From Octopus sinensis (Eukaryota), in assembly GCF_006345805.1 (NCBI RefSeq), contig NC_042998.1, positions 97,402,001-97,466,000 on the forward strand: 64,000 bases of DNA, given 5' to 3'. Shown here in pieces: positions 38,158 through 51,826 of the stretch (within the stretch, counting starts at the first letter, position 1; every line of letters starts with the position of its first letter). The notes beneath the pieces were generated by a model. That model made no database searches, was not told the origin of the DNA, and worked only from the letters and a program-made list of their open reading frames with translations. The translations under genes were made by a program, and so were the position numbers.

Positions 38158-38279
38158 TGCATACATATATATATTTATGTGTATGTATATAAGTATGTGT
38201 GTGTATATATTACTTGCTAGTACAACTACTGCAATTATCTCTTAGAACTAGCTTTTTAGCTCAATAAACACACACAACG

Positions 38280-38351
38280 CCCAGTCTGGGAATCGAAACC
38301 ACGATCCTACGACTGCGAGTCCGTTGCCCTATCCACTGGGCCATTGCGCCT

Positions 38352-38352
<1 letters not shown>
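38280..38352 (-). mobile_element. tRNA-derived SINE head (not a tRNA gene)
   Basis: tggaggcgcaatggcccagtggatagggc...ggtttcgattcccagactggg has A and B boxes but no pairing acceptor stem. Confidence 0.7.
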
Positions 38353-38399
<47 letters not shown>

Positions 38400-38437
38400 T
38401 ATATATTGATCAAAATAAAAACATGATGCCAAGGATT

Positions 38438-38519
38438 CAGCGGTACATATGTTTCGGGCCTTTATTAGACAGATTTATAACAATGCATAATGTATGTCTA
38501 TGGCCCTCTTCAGCTGCGC
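38438..38519 (-). ncRNA. Type I hammerhead ribozyme motif with complete catalytic core
   Basis: Minus: gcag CTGAAGA GGGCC a TAGAC (25-nt loop) GTCTA ataaa GGCCC GAAA CATATG TA ccgc. All core positions are present, the triplet is GUA, and stem III is the palindrome ACATATGT. Stem I pairs at 3 of its first 4 positions. Confidence 0.75.
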
Positions 38520-38593
38520 ACAACAGCTTCCACAAGGACATGTGTTACATCAAAAATTCTTGGTTGGGGATGCAAATCCTCTCATTCGCGTAC

Positions 38594-38635
<42 letters not shown>

Positions 38636-38674
38636 CACATATATATGTATGTATATATAATATATATACACACA

Positions 38675-38724
<50 letters not shown>

Positions 38725-41288
38725 CACATATATATGTATGTATATATATATATGTATGTTTATATATATATATACATAAACATACATAGATTTTTTTCTT
38801 TCATCAATTCAACGACATTGATTCATAATCAGCTGTTATGGCACTTCTATACATTTGATATAAATATTTCCTTTTCCTTGCCATTACTATCGGCATCAAT
38901 CATAGAATTCAGAATTCCGTCCACGTCGGTTGTTATAAAATGTGGCAGCTCATACAGTTTGGGTACCAGCTGCTGTGTAAATTTTATGAGAAGGTACAAA
39001 TTGTGAACACAATTTCAGATGGAATTAAAAAACAGATGAAAGAAAAAGAGAAAGAAATTCGGAAGTGACGCATACATATAATTTTGACTGTATGAGTATG
39101 TATTTGTGTGTGTGTATGTGTGCATGTGTGTGTCTGTGTGTGTGTAAAGAGATAGATATACAGACTGAGATAGATATAGAAAGAGACACATATGCACACT
39201 TATATACATACATACACACATATATAAACACATATATACACACACATACATATACACATTTATAAGGTGTGTGTATGTGTGCATATGTGTGTGTGTGTGC
39301 ATGCATGTATATTTATGTATGTGAGAGGAAAATGACATCTTAATGTTGAATTTCCTGTATTATATGTGCTATATTTTCAGGAAACTGAAGAATATAAAAG
39401 TGAGGAACATAAAATAAAAATTTAAGTTTGAATGAATGTATATGAGATATTTACATCATCAGATCAATATGGTGTAGGTTATTTAGTGGATTTGTCATTA
39501 GAAGTATTGTGTCCCTCACCAAGTACTAAACTTTCAGTCCACTTTTCTGAAATTAAGTACTGTTGTTGGGTCTTGGTTTTGTTGTCCTATGTCATCTTGA
39601 TTTTTTTTTCACTATGAGTAAAGACCTACCAATGATGACTGTCCCAACTATTTTTTTTTTACATTTTTCTAGTACCCTTTTCTATGGTGGTAGGTTGCAA
39701 TTTGAGGGAAATTTGGTTGCTATTTCTACCACTAAGAAGCTCCTCTGCTAGCTTATCTGTAGATATACTAGAGTGTTATACTAACTACACTAGTATAAGC
39801 AGTAACAATATTGTGAAATTGGCTCTCTCAGTGCCACTCTTTAACAAAGTATAGGTCTCTTTTTGTGAAGGCACATGCCTAAGTAGTTATGGTATTTGGC
39901 TCATGATCGTAAGTCCATGTGTTCAATTTCTAGCAGAGTGTTGCATCCTTGAGCAAGACACTACTTCACATTGCTCTAGTCCACTCAACTAAGCCTTTAT
40001 TTCAAGGGATCAGCCATGTCCCCTTTTTGTGTCAGGATGAATCTCTTTGAGAACTAAGTTAGAGGCACATGTGTCTGTGGAGTGTTCAGCTGCTTGCAGT
40101 CTCCTTTTGATAAAAGTTATATTTTGAATATTGGGTTAATACTCCATCTTCACAAAAATGTTTCATGAACCAACAACACAAGGTCAGTTAGGTCATACAT
40201 GTGCCAATACATTTAATGGATGAATACATACTATATCTATACAACCTATGCAAGCATGAAAAAAGTAAAACCGATGATGAACATTCTTCTTTGCTGCCCA
40301 CTTACTTACAAGTTCTTTTATCTTCAACTTTTCTTGCAATTCATTTGTGCTCTAGCATTTGTGCATGCTTACATTACACATCCAGTGAAGCATATTTGAT
40401 TATTTCTTTCTAGTTATTGTTGATCTTTCACATTCAAGGTTCACACCTCACTACATGCAACATCACAGTTCATATACATGCATTGTACTGCATACCTTGT
40501 ACTTTGAGACAGAAATCCTTTCTTACCATCAAAGATAATAGCTTCTTGAATTTTTTCCACTCCATTCTTATACTGGCTACTATGACTTCACTGCATCCAC
40601 CTCCACTGTTAATTAGATCACTTAGGTAACAAAAGTTGTCACCTGCTTTCCAAGTCTTTGCAACAGTTTATTTTGCATATATTTGTAATCTCTAGTGCTC
40701 TTAACCATCAGCAGCATCTGAAGTCTACCTTCTCTGTCAGCCTCCCTATGATCCCACTACACCCTATGTGCTTCTATAGTTTGCTCTGAATAGAGTTTCT
40801 GTCTGCTCTTTTGCATATGGAACACAAAATTTCCCTAATGGTAGCTGAGCCTTATCTTTATTCTGACTTACTAAAACTATAGTCTTACTTTAAGTCCTCT
40901 CAAACACCTCATCACTGCTATTTTTATCTCTTTCCAGCTCCACACAATTACTTTCCTCATATCCTCTAAATGTGAGCATTGTCATGTAGCTCCTCTTCGG
41001 CTGGAAATCTGTCCTGCTCTAGCCCCTTCTTGCATACTCATCATCTCCTAGCATAAAGCCAGCTCACTTGGGTTTCATAGTCTTTCAAGTTGCATGCAAC
41101 TTCCTAGTGTTGCTGACATGGAGAAAAAGCACCTGCTAGACACTAAATAGTGGTTGGCATTAGGAAAGGCATCAAGCTGTAGTACCATGACAAAAAAGAC
41201 AATGGAACATAATGAGTCCTTGGATCAAACCATCCAACCCATGCTAGTATAGAACATGAACATTTAATGATGATGATGATGAGATATA

Positions 41289-41872
<584 letters not shown>

Positions 41873-42064
41873 TATATCCTGGGATTATGTGCCACTTCTG
41901 TCTACTAATACCACCCACAAAGCATTAATCAGCTCAATGCTATAGTCGAGACATTTGCTCGGAGTACCAAGCAGTGGCAGCAAAGCCAATATGACATGCC
42001 TGTGAAGAAGTAAGCTTCTTAACCATAGAACCACATCCTCTATTCTGAGTACATATCATCTACC

Positions 42065-42473
42065 CAGGGCCAGATTAAGACTCATAGAGGCCCTAAAAAC
42101 TTAAAAGACTTTGGTGCCCCCATATTAATGTAATTCAAAATGTAAGCAATAATAAACCAAAAATAATTTTTATTTTTCAAAATGAAACAAAACTAACAGT
42201 AAGATGGAAAATAATGTTTATTTTGCTTACTTTACTTATATTTGAAAAGTTTGTTCCTACTTTTTTTATTTTCAAAGTCTTTGATCAGATCCTCACTATG
42301 ACACCATAAATTCTACAAAATTATATTTGTGATCATTTAAACCCCTTCGAATATTATGTTAACAAGTTTACAGTGATTTCTTTTGTACTGTAAACCATTT
42401 ACCATTTATGTGGTGCTATTCTTCCCTTGATGCCCTAAGAATGAGCTTATTTTGCTTAATGGTTAATCTATCC
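42065..42473. mobile_element. hAT (Tip100-like) MITE, copy 1
   Basis: Left TIR cagggccagattaa. The body matches 44490-45484. The right TIR is interrupted by another hAT. Confidence 0.75.
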
Positions 42474-43059
42474 CAGTGTTCTTCAACCATTTTTTGCTGA
42501 TGGACCTCTTTGATTCCTATTTTACTCCTAACCCCTTCATGTTTAAAAAATCATATTTATATAATCAAATCTCTCTATATATAAAGCTGAAGTTGTCTGT
42601 GTATGGCAGGTTTGGTAGCCTTCAACTAACACAATCTCCTCCAAGACCCTGCAGCACAAGTTGACCAAAATTGAGTGTATGATAGAAGAAGGCTTGCTCT
42701 TCATTCCGTAGAAGAAAAAATTCAAATCAGACCATGTTAACACCAAAAATTATTTACATCAAAAAGGTGTTTTTTTTCTATGAAAATCCCTATTTTTTAC
42801 GATTTTTTGACTACTGTGTCACCATTTTTCGGTGTATTTCAACCAGAAAAATGTTCACTTAAAGAGAATAACAAGCTACATAATGCAAAATTTTTGCTTT
42901 TCAAAAATTCCAATTCTAAAGGGTTGAAACAAACCCGCGCGATACTGCTAATATTATATAAAAAAAATTTTAACATTTTGTGTATTGTAGAAGTATAACC
43001 AATTTATTGCAGATGAATTTTAGCAACAAAATCTTATGGACCTCAGTTGAGAACCACTA
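42474..43059. mobile_element. hAT (Charlie-like) MITE containing a Helitron
   Basis: TIR cagtgttcttcaac / gttgagaaccacta and 8-bp TSD atctatcc / atctatac. Confidence 0.75.
42570..42951 (+). mobile_element. Non-autonomous Helitron-like element
   Basis: A|TC start (tctctctatatataaagctg), CTAA|T end (variant of CTAG) after a truncated GC-rich hairpin remnant (cccgcgcg), no TSD. Confidence 0.6.
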
Positions 43060-43628
43060 ATCTATACAGTTGATAAACCTAGTATTAATAATGCTTTCTA
43101 TGACAAAAGGCCAATAATAATAGCTAAGTACCAGTAATGTATCTGATCTAATTTTATTGACTATATTTTGTTCCTGCTAAAGTTAGCCTTGTTTCTAGTA
43201 TTGGGATTCTTTGTGTTTGCATGAGTTTGAAGTAACCTTGAAGACTATATCTAGCTTAGTGTCACTAACCTTTGAAATACTAATATGCAGAGCACAATTT
43301 AAATTGTTTTTCAAAATGCTCAGTTTCTTGTTTTGTAATACAGTTTTTTTTTTAAGTAGTCAAAGAAACTAACATAGCTAATACCTAGATATTTCTTTAT
43401 TTCTGTTTCTTTTCTTTTTTTGTTTGTGGTTAGGTAACTTTCTCCATTTTTAGACAGTTTTCTTCAAGCAGTTGCCAGCAAGCTTTGTTTGTCTGTGTTC
43501 ACATGTGTATAATGTATGAGAGTGTTTGAGAGAGATAGAGGGAGAGACACACAGAGACAAACAGACAGACACAGACAAAGAAAGAGGGAGTGTGTAGGTA
43601 TATGTTTGAGACAGACAGACAGGTAAAT

Positions 43629-43671
<43 letters not shown>

Positions 43672-44489
43672 TAGATAGATTAGATAGATAAATTAGATAG
43701 ATTTGGCGTGTGCATGTGCATGCATGCATACATGTACATGCACATGAGAGAACAAGAGAGTGAGAAAAAGAAAGGAGAATGCACAGCAAGTTGACTACAC
43801 TAGCAAAATCATGATAATTCCATTACAGATTAGATGAAAAAACTGTTTTGTTTCATACTTCAGAGAAATAACTATCAATGAAATGTGATAAAGAAAAAAT
43901 CAGTGATCTACAAATAGCAAAGTAAGTCATGTCAAACAGCTTCTTTGAGAATCTTGCAAACTATTACAAAGAAGCTTCAGTATATTTTTCTCCTCATTTT
44001 GTTGGTGCAGGTGTAGCTGTGTGGTTCAGAAGGTTGCTTCTCAACCACATGGTTTCAGGTTCAGTCCCACTGTGCAGCACCTTGGGCATAGCACCTTCTG
44101 CCATTACCCCGAGTCAATGAAAACTTTGTGAGTAGATTTAATAGATAGAAACAGAAAGAATCGTGTCATGTGTATGTGCGTGTGTAAATATGTGCAGGCA
44201 CACATACCTGTGTGTACATGTGTGTGTGTGTGTGTATGGGTGTGTTTGTGTCTTCTTGTCTTGACATCAAGCAACAGTTGTAAATGAGTATCACTATCAT
44301 ATAAGCAGTGTCCTTCATTTCCAATGTTCAGTGAAGATATGTCTAGCCGTGGGGAAATATTACCTTACTTGGAAACAGGTAAGGGTTAGCAACAGGAGGA
44401 GCATCCAGCTATAGAAGATTGCTCTCAATGAATTCTGTTGTTTCAATGATGATGATGACAATAACCATAGAATTTGGAGTTGGTGTGGC

Positions 44490-45484
44490 CAGGGTTGGAT
44501 TAAGACCCATAGAGGCCCTAAACACTTAAAAGGTTTTGGTGCCCTCAAGTACATCTAAATGGTTCAAAATGTAAACAAAAATAATTTTAAATGTAAACAG
44601 TAATAAACCATAAAATAACATTTTATTTTACAAAATGAAACAAAACTAATAGTAAGATGGAAAATGTTTACTTTTGTGTACTTCCACTTTATTTATATTT
44701 GAAAAGTTTTCTCCTTCGTTCTTTAATTTAATTGCAAAGTCTTTGATGATATTACTCTTTTACTCTTTTACTTGTATCAATCATTTTACTGTGGCCATGT
44801 TGGAGCACTGCCTTTAGTCGAGCAAATCAACCCCAGGACTTATTCTTTGTAAGCCTAGTACTTATTCTATCAGTCTCTTTTGCCGAACTGCTAAGTTACG
44901 GGTCGTAAACACATCAGCATCGGTTGTCAAGTGATGTTGGGGGTAACAAACACAGACACACAAAAATATACACACAAACATACACACATATATATATATC
45001 AGCCGAAATTACTACGATGATCCGGTTCTTGACTGAAGACTGAGGGTTTCGAATGTCTTGTCCATGTTTATTGTACCGTCTTCTAAGAGTTATACGTTCT
45101 TGTCCATGTTGTATTTTTCTACATACCTTAATATATATATATATATATATATACAGATATACAACAGGCTTCTTTCAGTTTCCGTTTACCAAATCCACTC
45201 ACAAGGCTTTGGTCGGCCAAGGTGCCATGCAGTGGGACTGAACCAGGAACCATGTGGTTCGTAAGCAAGCTACTTACCACACAGCCACTCCTACACCTAT
45301 ATTGTTAAAACTTTATGTAAAACTTCTGCTTCTCTACTTAGTCGAGATAAGGCATTACGAATATTATTTTAGCAGGTTTAAAGTAGTTTCTTTTGTGCTG
45401 TAAACCATTTTCATTTCTGTGGTGCCCCTGTCCCTTGATGCCCTAAGCACATGCTTATTTTGCTTAATGGTTAATCCAGTGCTG
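44490..45484. mobile_element. hAT (Tip100-like) MITE, copy 2, with SINE A inserted at 44753-45298
   Basis: Perfect 8-bp TSD ggtgtggc (44482-44489, 45485-45492). TIRs cagggttggattaa / ttaatccagtgctg. Confidence 0.85.
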
Positions 45485-45811
45485 GGTGTGGCAACTGTAG
45501 ACAGAGGTATTCATGAACATCTGAACATGCGCAAAATTTGTGCAAAATTTTTTCCCAGGGTGCTCAGTCAGAAGAATCCTGGTAACCAGAGAAAAGGCTA
45601 GGCTGTCTTTTTCTGTACAGAGGATGGTGGGATGGAGAGATGGAGAGAGAAAGAGAGAAGGAGAGAGAGAGAGAGAAATACAGACAAATAAATAGGAAGA
45701 AAGTGACAGAGAGAAGATATAAAAAAGAAATTGAGAAAGAGTATGTGTGTTAGGTGTGCAGCATTCCTAACATGAAATATTTTGAATCAAAATTAAAATT
45801 CGTTTACATAC

Positions 45812-45934
45812 CTGGTTCACTTGGGACTTTTTCAGCAAAAATACTTGCCCGGAACTAGTTGAGGCAATTTCTTCATATACTCTGTAGCCCCGATGGGTGA
45901 CATCCCCACAGTCTCCTGTCATTACAAAGACCAC
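45812..45934 (-). CDS. HMCN1: Hemicentin-like internal exon, end of VWA domain: [41 protein letters not shown]
   Basis: Acceptor ttgtgtttcattgtag|GTG and donor CAG|gtatgt on the minus strand. 123 nt, phase 0-0. Closely matches the remembered human HMCN1 stretch [41 protein letters not shown]. Not in the ORF track. Confidence 0.95.
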
Positions 45935-47634
45935 CTACAATGAAACACAAAAGTATTGTCAATATTAATATCATAATTAATATAAAGGTGTTTTCATCTT
46001 TTACCTTTTACTTATATTAGTCACTGGACAGCAGCCATGCTGGAGCACTGCCTTGATTAAATTCATCCCCAGTATTTATTTATTTAAGTCTGATACTTAT
46101 TTTATCAGTATTATTTATTTAACCCAGGGCTATAGCAAAAGATATTTGTTCAAGGTGTTATGCAGTGGTATTGAAACCAGAACCAAGTGGTTAGAAAGCT
46201 AGCTTCTTACTGCACAACCACACCTAGTGTGGTGAGCTAGCAGAATTGTTGGGGTACCAGACAAAATGCTTAGCAGCATTTTTCATTATGTTCTGAGTTC
46301 AAATTCAAATGCTATCAACTTTATTTTCATCTTTCCAAAGTCAATAAAATAGAGTACCAGTCAAGTACTGGGGTCAATGGCAGTGACTAATCCCCTCCTC
46401 TTGAAACTGCTGGTCATGTGACAAAATTTGAAAACATTTACAAACAATGTTAATAGCAAAAATAATACAATTTTAGGTTCGTTATTAAGTATGGTACAAA
46501 GTGAATCTTGACATTAGTTTCAAAGTTTTAACATTATTTTGAAGTTACATGATAAGAAGAATTTAAGTTAAACTGTTTGGGATGTGGGTAATGCTTTCTT
46601 TGAACTATCTAATATCTACAACAGAGTAGAGGGAAAATAGTTTGTCTTCATATTTACAAAAGTTCTGAAAGCTTTGAAAGCTGTCGTTTGCATATGCTCA
46701 TAGTAAATTTTTGAAGTAGGGTAAACATCACTTAAACAGTGATAAGAAAATTTTATCTCTAATTTAGCTGTTGCTGATACACTACTAATTCTTTTGCAGT
46801 GAATTTACCAAAGAGAATCTTGGAGACACATGAATTGAAGTCAGTGAGCTGGAAAATTATGAAAGGGAATATTTTGAAGAAGTTCTTAGATTTACTTATA
46901 TGTTTGAAAGTTTTAAGAATTTTACTTGTAAGTTTCAAAGAAGCTATTGGGAAGACAGTTAATGTGATATTCCTTATGATTCCTACTGTTACATTACCAT
47001 ACAAGTACAACACTCTCTCATAGGCTCCCCATGCATTTATTACAAAGAGTGATAGCAGCACACTAAAGCATAAAAGAGAACTAGAGAGAAAAACATTAGC
47101 AAACAACACATTCATACTATATAGAATTCTCCAACAAAAATAGACAATTAATGATGGAAGTATTATCCAAAACATAGAACAATGCTAAAATAAAAATATA
47201 GGTAAACACATCATAAAGAAAATAAACAAGTGACTAATGATGTATAAATCTAATTTCAAATTTCCACAATTATGCCAAGACAGCTCAGGTACTGAAGTCT
47301 ACAGAAATCACTATAGCCCACAATAAAAAAAAACTCAGTTACAGACTACAAAAACATAGACATGCTTCTTTTGGATTTAGCAACTATATTGTTCCAAAGT
47401 GCAAGGAGCTCCAAAATAAACAAATAAATAAATAAATAAAATTTTTTAAAATTAATAAAAATAGAAATAAAATACTTAAAAACTAGAACATAGTTATGCT
47501 TTCAATACAGCCCATTTATAAAAAGAAGGCTGCTCCCCATATATGCATGCACACACATATGTATAAGTACATAAATATATATATCCACATACACACACAC
47601 ATACATATGTATATACATACATACATACATACAT

Positions 47635-47742
<108 letters not shown>

Positions 47743-47839
47743 GAGAGAGAGATGAAATTTATAGAAAAACAGAAAACGAAGACAGGTGTATGAACAACAA
47801 ACAGGTGTATTAGTTTGACACTCGGGAAAGTGAAAAAAT

Positions 47840-47875
47840 CTTTTATGTTTCAAGCTTACGCTCTTCAACAGAAAG
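47840..47875 (-). ncRNA. Variant/degenerate minimal hammerhead motif
   Basis: Minus: cttt CTGTTGA a gagc gtaa gctt GAAA ca TA aaag. Stem I 4 bp, GNRA-capped stem II, core position A6 replaced by U. Confidence 0.5.
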
Positions 47876-48068
47876 GAATATGAGAAAATAAACAGAGAAA
47901 TAAAGAAAAATACGGATTTAGCTGGGTACATACATACAAACAAACATATACATGCATACATACATAGATAAATACATACATAGATACATACATACATACA
48001 TACATACATACATACATACATACATACATACATACATACATACATACATACATACATACATACATAGC

Positions 48069-48385
48069 TAGGACACTCTATAATGAAATCCATTGGAAGG
48101 ATAATCCCAAGGACAAAGAAATAAAAACCTATAATATGGTAGAAGCCATAGCCACTCATAATAAAAAGGAGTACTGGGAGAATGTCCCAGTGAAAACCCC
48201 AATAAAATGTTAGCACAACAGACCTGATATAATAATTTACTATAGAGAAGAGAAACTGTGCACAGTTGTGGAAATTAGCTGCCCAGTAGATGTTAACATA
48301 AAGCTGAAGATCAGTGAAAAAGAGAATACCTAACCTGAACTATTGAGAAATCTACAGTTATTCTATCCAGATTACAAGTTCAAGT
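48069..48385 (+). mobile_element. R4/Dong-like LINE REL endonuclease remnant
   Basis: TLYNEIH...EYWENVPVKTPIKC*HNRPDIIIYYREEKLCTVVEISCPVDVNIKLKISEKENT*PELLRNLQLFYPDYKFKFIPV. Confidence 0.8.
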
Positions 48386-48502
48386 TTATACCTGTAAACA
48401 CACTACCTACATACTAATCTTGAGAAATCAGGCTTCTCAAAACCAGAAAGGAGAATGTGTGCTTGTATTTATATGGGCATAATACATACATACATTCATC
48501 AT

Positions 48503-48544
<42 letters not shown>

Positions 48545-48553
<9 letters not shown>

Positions 48554-49090
48554 CATCGTTTGTCATCTGTTTTCCATGCTGGCATGGGTTGGAGTGTTTG
48601 ACTGGGGACTGGCAAACCAGGGGGCTGCACCAGGCTCCAATCTGATCTGGCAAGGTTTCTACAGCTGGATGCCCTTCTTAATGCCAACCACTCCAAGAGT
48701 GTAATGGGTGCTTTTTATGTGCCACTGGCATGGGAGCCATTCAGGTAGCACTGGCATTGACACATTTGGATGGTGCATTTTACGTGCCACCAGCACGGGG
48801 AGCCAGTCAGGCAGCACTGGCATTGACTCATGCTTGAATGGTGCTTAACACGTGCGACCAGCATAGATGCCTATCAGGCGGCACTGGCATTGGCCACAAC
48901 TACAGTTTCCATTTTGATTTTGATTTTGATTTTGATTTTGATTTTGATTTTGATTTTGATTTTACTTAACTCAATAGGTCTTCTAAAGCACAGTGTATTG
49001 CCCGATGATTCAAAGGTACTTTTTAAATGGGCTGGTTATGCGACACTGGTATAGGCTATGGCTGTGGTTTCACTTTACTTGCCAGGTTTT
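48545..49090 (-). mobile_element. RTE-like family copy with (ATTTTG)n expansion
   Basis: Same family as 7720-8372. About 9 hexamer units at 48910-48965 where the other copy has about 2. Confidence 0.7.
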
Positions 49091-49155
49091 CTCACTCATA
49101 TGCCAGGTCTTCTCATATTTATATATGTATGTGTATGTGTGTGTATGTATGTGTA

Positions 49156-49221
<66 letters not shown>

Positions 49222-49492
49222 TGAAAACGAAGAGGAGAGTGGAGATTTATTCACATCTATCACATTTAATTTTAAAAAATTTTCTGCAACATATAAAACA
49301 ATGACCAACATATGTTTCAATTGCAGCAACTACACATTGCTCCGTATGCAATTATGCATCCTAGTTGGTGTAATTTTATTAAGTGTCCATCACTTACGAC
49401 ATTTTCCGAGTGAACAAATTTAAACAAGCTTCCTGCATTGGTATTCTGTTGACGGTTATGGTGTTACTTTTTAAATCAACTATATATATATA

Positions 49493-50376
49493 CAGGGTGC
49501 AATGGGTAAATTGTCACCATTTTACATTTTTGATTTCACAATTGCGCCTTGTTTGCTTTTGATTTTGTCAACTAGACAGTATAGTACGGTCAGTTGGACA
49601 CTGTCTGTGAGAAAACCAGCACCATGACATAATTCACTCTGCCAGAAATTTGGAAGCAACATGCTGTAATGCTTGATATTCACACCAAAAGCTCCAATAC
49701 AAGCATTTTAGAGTGTTTAGAGTGATAAAGATCAAACATTCAGTTAACATCATGGTGTTTGAAGTGATCACAAGTGATGATGACATTATTCCTCCATTCA
49801 TCTTCCCACACAGCCTCAGACTCAACATGGAGGCCTACATTAAGTGCCTGGAGGAGGTAGTGCTGCCTTGGGTCAAGAAGGTGACTGGTGGGTCAAGAGA
49901 GTGACTGGTGGGTCAAGAGGGTGACTGTTGGGTCAAGAGGGTGGCAACAGGACTCTACACCATATCACACAAGCAAGAGAACTCAGTCATGTCTGTCAGA
50001 CAATTTCTGTGATCACATCACTCTTAACATCTGGCCACCTAACTCCCCAGAATGCAACCCCCTTGATTATCATGTGTGAGGCACAGTTGAGAAAGAGACC
50101 AACAAAACTCTTTGTAACACCAAAGATGAAATGAAAGCAAAGATTATGGCAGCATTCACCAACTTAAGCAAGGAGACCATCCGGAAGAGTTGCATGAGAT
50201 TCTGAAGTCATCTGGAGGTTGTGGTTGAAGTCAAAGGCAATTTTATTGAATACATTTACTCTTTAGTATTTCAAGATATTTTTATGTAATTTTGGTAAAT
50301 ATATCTGTTAAAATGAGAAGTCAGCATTGTTTACATTTTTGTGTAATTTAGATGATAGTTTATTCACCGCACCCAG
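49493..50376 (+). mobile_element. Internally deleted Tc1/mariner-superfamily element (maT/DD37D-like)
   Basis: TA|cagggtgcaatgggtaaattgtcacc ... gatgatagtttattcaccgcacccag|TA. Remnant protein VMVFEVITSD..IPPFIFP...WQQDSTPYHTSKRTQ..WPPNSPECNPLDY. Contains a 20-bp triplication at 49871-49940. Confidence 0.85.
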
Positions 50377-50392
50377 TATATCTGTCTGTCTG

Positions 50393-50447
<55 letters not shown>

Positions 50448-51826
50448 TATATATATATGCATGCATGTATGTGCATATGTATCATAATACACATCTGTGT
50501 AGAAAGGGACATCCATATGCACATACACAGATACATAAGAAGACATGAGTAGTGAGAAAAGGAACTGCATTATATTGTTGATGTAGAAATAAGTGAACTT
50601 TAGTATTTCTCAATTGACTGTCTCATTAGCCCAATTCAATTTATGTTAAGGGTGAACAACATCTGGTGGACTAGATTTGGGGTAGAAGCAGGAAGGCACC
50701 TGTTTGGATAGTATTTAGTCTCCTCAAAAATATTTTTTAGTTTATTTACTTATTGATGCTCCCACCCCACCATACACACACTTATTTCCAAGTTTAAGTG
50801 TCTCCTGCTTTAAGCAGGTTTATTTTACATCAAAATATCTGACTTGAACTTAGTTATATAACATAGGAAACCTTTTTTTCTTTCCTGATAAATGGCTTTG
50901 TCTTCTCATTCCACCTGAGATATTTTTTCTGATTTGTTTAAAATTTTAATAAATAGGTACCCTAACATGGCTGCACTCTGATGCCTGAAACAAGTAAAAG
51001 GTACAGGCATGGTTATGATGTGGTTAAGAAGCTTGCTCTGCAGTCTCATGGTTTCAGGTTCAGTCCCACTATGAAGTGCCTTGGGCAAGTGTATTCTATT
51101 ACAGCCCCAGGCCAACTAATGCATTGTGAGCGAAATAGATGAAGGTTGGAGACAGGAAGGGCATCTGTCTAGAAAATATGCCCTAATAAATTCCACCCAA
51201 CTCATGTGAGCATCAAAATAAAGCTTTAAGACAATTCTCCTATTTAAGAAACTCTTCCTGGTGAACCTATCACTCTCCATGCCACTATTTCCTTAATGTG
51301 CCTACCAATGTGCTGAAGCTTTTTTTGGTCCCAATTGAAGTAGTCCCTTGCTATCCCACTTGTATTCAATAACCTCTCATTGTAACACTTCCAAATCTCC
51401 ATCTTCCTTATCACTAAGTGCAGGTGCGCCACGGTTGTTTTAGGAACACTGTAACATGATTACATCTTGATCTCTATGAATACATTACATTGCAAATCAA
51501 AATTCCACAAACCTTCCATTATTTTGTTTCCTACTTAGCTTCTTGATATTGCTTCTTGCTACAAACATTCTTCAACTGGAACATAAATCTTATAGCCATA
51601 TCCAATTTACTATTTCCCCACCATATTTGTTACTGTCCACGAATGTGGGCAATAAAGATAAATAAAGGTCTATTAAATACCATACAAAAATAATTCTTGA
51701 TGCTTTGAGATTATCTCTTAAAAAACAATAAACAAATAACTTGTGTAAAATGTAATCAACTCCACAGGGGGATAATCTCAAATATCAAACATTCTTTGAA
51801 ATTGACATGATTATCTAGGGACAAGA

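Noticed and set aside
38280-38352. Possible tRNA gene
   Set aside because: A and B boxes are present but the acceptor stem does not pair, and the context is a truncated SINE.
38790-39010. Non-repetitive minus-strand stretch reading [41 protein letters not shown]
   Set aside because: No recognisable family, stops follow immediately, and it does not fit the hemicentin frame. Probably an old TE relic.
43863-43920. Plus-strand AG...GTAAGT-bounded 58-nt pseudo-exon
   Set aside because: Stops in all three frames and no partner exons. Such sites are expected by chance in AT-rich DNA.
45030-45065. CTGAAGA...GAATGTC as a hammerhead
   Set aside because: Stems I and II do not pair and GAAA is incomplete.
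46759-47175. 138-aa hydrophobic minus-strand ORF with a YER motif, suggesting a GPCR or membrane protein
   Set aside because: Only about 28 aa separate the TM2-like and ER motifs, too short for a class A GPCR. There are stops just upstream and downstream and no convincing splice sites. It is likely the antisense shadow of an A-rich decayed repeat. A tblastn/HMM search would settle it.
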